A stretch of 64,000 nucleotides of DNA from Nitrospirota bacterium (GTDB lineage: Bacteria; Nitrospirota; Thermodesulfovibrionia; Thermodesulfovibrionales; Dissulfurispiraceae): positions 352,001-416,000 of the forward strand of contig CAWBMP010000004.1 of NCBI GenBank assembly GCA_963790025.1, written 5' to 3'. Below, piece after piece: positions 57,901 through 64,000 of the stretch; within the stretch, counting starts at the first letter, position 1; each line of letters starts with the position of its first letter. Under the pieces are notes generated by a model. The model saw only the letters and a program-made list of their open reading frames with translations. It made no database searches and was not told where the DNA came from. The translations under genes and the position numbers were made by a program.

Positions 57901-59196
57901 TCAGCGAAATCCAAAAGAACGGCGCCTTTTGTTTGCCTGCCGATTATGCGTACTGTAACCATAACCTCTCTGCCACTGAGACCTGGAAGTTACGCCTTGC
58001 ACACGGCCTCTACTCTGTGCGGATGCCGTAACATAAACCGGATTCAAGGACTGATGACGCGAGGTAAGATTGTCCTGCATTTCGACTCCCTGTCGCTTGT
58101 TCTTTGAAACGTTCAGCAGCAGGCCTACGGCCGTCATATTAATAATAAGAGAGGAGCCCCCATAACTTATAAACGGCAGCGGCAGCCCTTTTGTGGGCAG
58201 CAAACCTGTGACCACTGCAAAATTGAAGATGGCCTGAATGGCTATCATCATGGATAAACCGTAAGCAAGGTAGTAGTGAAAAGTTTCATTTGCTTTCCGT
58301 GCAATTGAAATACCTCTCAGAAAGAATATGAAGAAGAGGAGCGCTACCACTGCGGCCCCTATAAAGCCTACCTCCTCTCCGATCATTGAAAAAATGAAAT
58401 CGGTATGCACTTCAGGAAGAAAGAAAAGCTTTTGTTTACCCTCACCAAGACCGACACCGCTCAGTCCGCCGCTGCCCAAGGCAATAAATGATTGAACAAG
58501 CTGAAAGCCACTGCCTTGCGGGTCTCTCCACGGGTCAAGAAATGCGGTGACCCTCTTCAGGCGGTAAGGTTCCGATATGAGCTTAATAACCACAGGGAGG
58601 GCCAATATTCCAAGGGAAAACAGATAGCGCAATCTTATACCTGCAAGAAACAACATGGACATGGTGAGCAGGGCAAGGCTCATTGTAGCGCCAAAGTCGG
58701 GCTGTTTCAGAAAGACCGCCTGGAATACCCCCATAATAAGTATAGGGGTAAGAAACGAAGTGAATTTTTCCCTGCTGAACTGCGCCATGCTCATGTAGCT
58801 CGACAAAAAAATCACCATGCACAATTTCACAAGCTCCGAAGGTTGAAACGAGGAAGGCCAAATTCTTATCCACCTTCGGGCCCCGCCTGCTGTAATTCCT
58901 AATTTTGTGAAAACCAGGAGCAGACAAAAAAGTGACATAACTAGCAGGGGGATGGACAATTGCCGCACCAGCCTGAGTGGTATTTTAAAAGCTATAAACA
59001 TGGCAATAGTCCCGAGCGCCACCGTTAACAGCTGTTTTTTAATAAAACCGAACTGGCCGAGCATGACACCCTTCTTATGGTATTTTTCCAACAGATCGGG
59101 AGAAACAACAGAGGTGGAACTGTAAACCGCGGTCAAGCCGACGAGTATCAGCAGGAGTACAATAAAAAGGAGCCATCTGTCATATGACTGTTTCAC
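57901..59196 (-). CDS. ftsW: Cell division SEDS protein FtsW
   Basis: GARRW, FQPSEL.K, QPDFG, LPEVHTDF, PTKGLPLPFISYGGSS. Confidence 0.96.
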   Translation of the reverse strand: MKQSYDRWLLFIVLLLILVGLTAVYSSTSVVSPDLLEKYHKKGVMLGQFGFIKKQLLTVALGTIAMFIAFKIPLRLVRQLSIPLLVMSLFCLLLVFTKLGITAGGARRWIRIWPSSFQPSELVKLCMVIFLSSYMSMAQFSREKFTSFLTPILIMGVFQAVFLKQPDFGATMSLALLTMSMLFLAGIRLRYLFSLGILALPVVIKLISEPYRLKRVTAFLDPWRDPQGSGFQLVQSFIALGSGGLSGVGLGEGKQKLFFLPEVHTDFIFSMIGEEVGFIGAAVVALLFFIFFLRGISIARKANETFHYYLAYGLSMMIAIQAIFNFAVVTGLLPTKGLPLPFISYGGSSLIINMTAVGLLLNVSKNKRQGVEMQDNLTSRHQSLNPVYVTASAQSRGRVQGVTSRSQWQRGYGYSTHNRQANKRRRSFGFR

Positions 59197-60605
59197 AGGT
59201 TCCCCACATGCTCCTTGAATTCTCTTCCCCTGTGCTCAAAATCCCTGAACATGTCGAAGCTGGCACAGGCCGGTGAAAGGAGAACAACATCTCCTGGAGA
59301 GGCAAGTTCCTTCGCCTTTGCGACGGCATCACCGAGGCTATCCTCCATAATTATCCGGGTGCTGTTATCAAGCGCCTTTTTGATTTTATCACTTGCCTCA
59401 CCGATGAGAACAAGTGTTTTTACTTTATCCTTGATCAAGGGCATCAATTCGGTAAAATCTCCATCCTTGTCCCTTCCTCCGGCAATGAGGATAACAGGTC
59501 CGCTAAAGCTCTCGAGGGATTTGATTACAGCACCGACATTGGTCCCTTTCGAATCATTAATGAACGCAACACCGTCTATCTCACGCACAAACTCCAGCCT
59601 GTGTTCAAGTCCGGGAAATTCGGCCAATGCATCAGCAACTGCACCAGGAGCACAACCGGACAAAAGCGCCATTACCGATGCTGCCATTGCATTTTCGATA
59701 TTATGCACCCCCTTGATTCTAAAGGCAGGGGGATGGAGGACGAAGGATGAAAATCCAGACAATTCGAAATGAATAACACCATTCCTGTAATACGCGCCAG
59801 GCACCTCCCTCTTTCTGCTGAAGTAAAATATTGCCGGTCTCTTGCTTAAAGGCAATTGTCTTTCTATTCTCCTCACTATCTCCACGGTAACCGGATCATC
59901 CGCGTTCAGTACAATGAAGTCATGTTCGTCCTGGTTCAGAAAAATCCTGCACTTTGCGTCGATGTAATCGGTCATGGACACATAACGGTCCAGGTGGTCG
60001 GGAGTTATATTGAGAATGGCTGCCCCTTTAGGTTTGAAGGTACGTACGGTTTCGAGTTGGAAACTGGACACTTCGGCAACAATAAACTCGGGTAATTGAT
60101 TAAATGGCCCTTTAAACTGTTTATTGTCCCAGCCCTTTATTCTCATCAGTTCATCGGTCAGGGCATTACCGATATTACCACCCAGAAGCGTCGCGTGACC
60201 TGCCTTCTTCAACATGGCATCCAACAGAGAGGTAGTGGTTGACTTGCCATTGGTGCCTGTTATGGCTAGGAAGGCTGTTATACGGCTGCCTACCGCCTGG
60301 TACGCAAGTTCAAGCTCGCCGATTATAACGGCGCCTTGTTCCGCAGCTGCCTTCAACGGGGCGACCGAGAGCGGTACGCCCGGGCTGATTACTATGAGGT
60401 CAGCTTCCCTGAACAGTTCCGCTGGATGACTGCCCAGCGCAGAACGTATGCCGGGCAGGAGTTCCCCAATATATGGTCCCAGCTCTTCAGGCTTTTTTTT
60501 ATCGGTGACGGTAACCGACGCGCCGAGCTTATGAAGCAGGTTCGCCGCACCAACCCCGCTCCTCGCAAGGCCGACAACAACGACCTTCTTCCCATTTAAG
60601 TCCAT
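59193..60605 (-). CDS. murD: UDP-MurNAc-L-Ala-D-glutamate ligase
   Basis: GLARSG, TGTNGKSTTT, EVSSFQLE, NDSKGTN, LSPACASFD. Confidence 0.97.
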   Translation of the reverse strand: MDLNGKKVVVVGLARSGVGAANLLHKLGASVTVTDKKKPEELGPYIGELLPGIRSALGSHPAELFREADLIVISPGVPLSVAPLKAAAEQGAVIIGELELAYQAVGSRITAFLAITGTNGKSTTTSLLDAMLKKAGHATLLGGNIGNALTDELMRIKGWDNKQFKGPFNQLPEFIVAEVSSFQLETVRTFKPKGAAILNITPDHLDRYVSMTDYIDAKCRIFLNQDEHDFIVLNADDPVTVEIVRRIERQLPLSKRPAIFYFSRKREVPGAYYRNGVIHFELSGFSSFVLHPPAFRIKGVHNIENAMAASVMALLSGCAPGAVADALAEFPGLEHRLEFVREIDGVAFINDSKGTNVGAVIKSLESFSGPVILIAGGRDKDGDFTELMPLIKDKVKTLVLIGEASDKIKKALDNSTRIIMEDSLGDAVAKAKELASPGDVVLLSPACASFDMFRDFEHRGREFKEHVGNL

Positions 60606-61703
<1,098 letters not shown>

Positions 61704-61709
61704 ATTATA

Positions 61710-62792
61710 TCACCTCAATTTTAATGTTGTAAGACTAAATAAAGCAAGGATTATACCGACAATCCAGAATCGAACGATGACTTTGGGCTCCTGCCATCCC
61801 TTTAGTTCGAAGTGATGATGAAGTGGCGCCATTTTAAATATCCTCTTACCTGTAAGCTTGAAAGACATCACCTGCATGACGACTGAGATCGTTTCTATAA
61901 CAAAAATGCCGCCTACTACGGCCAGTACGATTTCGTTTTTTGTGACTACTGCAACAGTTCCCAAAGCACCGCCCAGCCCAAGAGAACCCACATCCCCCAT
62001 AAAGACTTCAGCCGGGTACGAATTGAACCACAGAAAGCCGAGGGCCGCCCCTGCCATCGCGCCGCAAAATACTGTCAACTCGCCGATTCCCGGGAGATAT
62101 AACACCTGCAGGTACCTGGCAAATACTGCATGGCCCGAAACATAAACAAGCGCGACGTTGGTCAGCGCTGCAATGGCAACGAGCCCGATGGCAAGACCGT
62201 CTATTCCGTCGGTGAGATTCACAGCGTTGGAAGAGCCGACTATAACGAAAACTGAAAAAGGTATATAAAATAAACCAAGGTCAAAAAGCCACTTCTTAAA
62301 AAAGGGGACGCTGAGCACCGTATTATAAGGATCGCGAGGGTTTACATAAAAGAAGATACCGATGACAAGGGCGATCAGCACCTGTGCCCCGAATTTATAC
62401 CAGGCACGCAATCCGCTGGGATTTCTTTTTACCGCTTTGAGATAATCGTCGACAAAGCCTACTGCCCCGAAGCCGAGCAGTGCCAATGATAATACCCACG
62501 TATATGCATTTCTGAAATTGCCCCAAAGGACTACCGATATCATAATGGCCAGGACAATAATAATGCCTCCCATTGTCGGTGTACCGGCCTTGGCAAGATG
62601 GGTTTGGGGCCCATCGGACCGTATCTGCTGCGTCATGCTGATTTGCTTGAGCCATCGGATTATCTTCGGAGCTATAATGAGCGTTAGGATGAGTGAGGTC
62701 AGCGATGCCAGTGTTGTCCTGAACGTGATGTACCGGAACACATTTAAAGGAGTCCAATAATTGTGGAGGCCGTATAGCAATTCGTAGAGCAT
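61710..62792 (-). CDS. mraY: Phospho-MurNAc-pentapeptide translocase
   Basis: K.GTPTMGG, DDYLK, NAVNLTDGIDGL, FMGDVGS, MAPLHHHFE. Confidence 0.98.
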   Translation of the reverse strand: MLYELLYGLHNYWTPLNVFRYITFRTTLASLTSLILTLIIAPKIIRWLKQISMTQQIRSDGPQTHLAKAGTPTMGGIIIVLAIMISVVLWGNFRNAYTWVLSLALLGFGAVGFVDDYLKAVKRNPSGLRAWYKFGAQVLIALVIGIFFYVNPRDPYNTVLSVPFFKKWLFDLGLFYIPFSVFVIVGSSNAVNLTDGIDGLAIGLVAIAALTNVALVYVSGHAVFARYLQVLYLPGIGELTVFCGAMAGAALGFLWFNSYPAEVFMGDVGSLGLGGALGTVAVVTKNEIVLAVVGGIFVIETISVVMQVMSFKLTGKRIFKMAPLHHHFELKGWQEPKVIVRFWIVGIILALFSLTTLKLR

Positions 62793-64000
62793 TATTTTCT
62801 CACTGTTTTATTTATGCTCCCTGCCGTTTCTGCGGCTTTGACAGGCAGCGCAAACGCGAGGGCCTCTTCCATCCTCATTCCGCGCGATCCTTTTATCAAA
62901 ACGACGTCTCCCTGCCTGACAAGCCCGGCAAGCTCCATGCCTGCATCTTTCGCACTGCCCACAGCTAGGCCCTTCCCCTGAAAAACCTCCACCGCCCGCG
63001 ACATTAATGGGCCGACGCCTATAAGAATGTCAACGTGCAACCCTGAAAGCAACGTGCCCAGCTTTAAATGAGCTTCCGGGCTGCAGGGACCAAGTTCCAG
63101 CATGTCGCCGAGCACGGCAATGGCCCTCTTGCGCACAGGCCCTTCCTTTACGCGCCTCACCAGTTCTCTGACCGATTCTTCCATGGATGAAGGGTTGGCA
63201 TTATAAGCATCATTGATATATGTGACGTTCCCGTGTTCCATAACTTCCAGCCTCATTGGAACACCGTTAAAGGCTTCGAGGCCCTTTTTGATGGCATCGA
63301 GATCAGAGCCCATAGAATACGCAGTGGCCGCTGCCGCAAGGGAATTATATACATTAAAATGCCCTGAAAGTCTGGACTCGACCACAATCCGGCCGCCGCC
63401 TGCGCACAGCGTAAATCTTGTTCCCCTGTCCGAAAGCCCTATCCCTTCCGCCCTTACTTCTGCCGTGCCGGTTTCGATACCGAAGTGTATGAGCTGTCCC
63501 CTAAATCTATTTTCAATGCCTGCCATGAGAAATGAATCATCCGCATTTACAATCAATTTTTTCACATAAGGCAATAACTCAAGTTCCGAATCCCTGACTG
63601 TGTCCAACGATCCGAACCCTTCGAGGTGCTCTTGCCCGATATTGGTAATAACTCCTGTCTCCGGCAACCCGATAGCGCAAAGCTCATCGATATCGCCGGG
63701 TTTATTGGTCCCCATTTCAAGCACCATTACCCCTGTATCCTCCCGCACCTTAGTTATGGAAAGGGGCATACCGATATGGTTGTTGAAATTGCCCGACGTT
63801 TTAAGCACACTCAGGCTTACTCCTAGAATTGATGCGATAAGCTCTTTAGTCGTGGTCTTGCCATTGCTGCCGATAACACCGATAACGCTGCCCTTGAACC
63901 CTTTTCTTACTGAACGCGCTATGGCATGCAAAGCGGTGAGAGTATCATCAACAATAATTATGCTCTTACCGGGGTACCAGCGAGTTGCTGCTGACACCCC
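62792..64000 (-). CDS. murF: UDP-MurNAc-tripeptide D-Ala-D-Ala ligase, 5'-truncated by window edge
   Basis: GSNGKTTTKE, NNHIG.P, EMG, DAYNANP.S, GDMLELG, KGSRGM. Confidence 0.96.
   Translation of the reverse strand, partial: GVSAATRWYPGKSIIIVDDTLTALHAIARSVRKGFKGSVIGVIGSNGKTTTKELIASILGVSLSVLKTSGNFNNHIGMPLSITKVREDTGVMVLEMGTNKPGDIDELCAIGLPETGVITNIGQEHLEGFGSLDTVRDSELELLPYVKKLIVNADDSFLMAGIENRFRGQLIHFGIETGTAEVRAEGIGLSDRGTRFTLCAGGGRIVVESRLSGHFNVYNSLAAAATAYSMGSDLDAIKKGLEAFNGVPMRLEVMEHGNVTYINDAYNANPSSMEESVRELVRRVKEGPVRKRAIAVLGDMLELGPCSPEAHLKLGTLLSGLHVDILIGVGPLMSRAVEVFQGKGLAVGSAKDAGMELAGLVRQGDVVLIKGSRGMRMEEALAFALPVKAAETAGSINKTVRK

Overview
Bacterial chromosomal window. Gene content and order suggest an anaerobic or microaerophilic Gram-negative such as Nitrospirota (Thermodesulfovibrionia-like) or a deltaproteobacterium; this is inference only. 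Left to right it holds: a chemoreceptor, tatA, an EndoQ-family nuclease, parA and a NifA-type activator; then tRNA-Gln and tRNA-Glu. A ~9.5 kb AT-rich island is integrated in tRNA-Glu, with a 45-bp att duplication, arm repeats and IHF-like sites. It carries a tyrosine integrase and a tightly coupled candidate anti-phage operon: stand-alone WYL, GIY-YIG nuclease, a 63-aa protein, a Rad50/RloC-like zinc-hook ATPase with PrrC-type HEPN motifs and an extra C-terminal Cys cluster, a fused endonuclease-methyltransferase plus S subunit with no motor, and a Phd/RelE toxin-antitoxin (TA) pair. After the island come TA remnants with hicAB, a methyltransferase and TPR-GT41 pair, a hopanoid cluster (vacJ, hpnM, N, K, shc, A, H, a CruF-like gene, G, I), cell-wall hydrolases, a histidine kinase, a radical SAM gene, and the dcw cluster (murF to ftsZ) with no murB and a four-gene insert in its place. 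A dispersed family of 6-8-bp tandem-repeat hairpins occurs between genes and inside genes; one copy appears to encode a signal peptide. All family calls come from motif recognition by eye, not from database searches.
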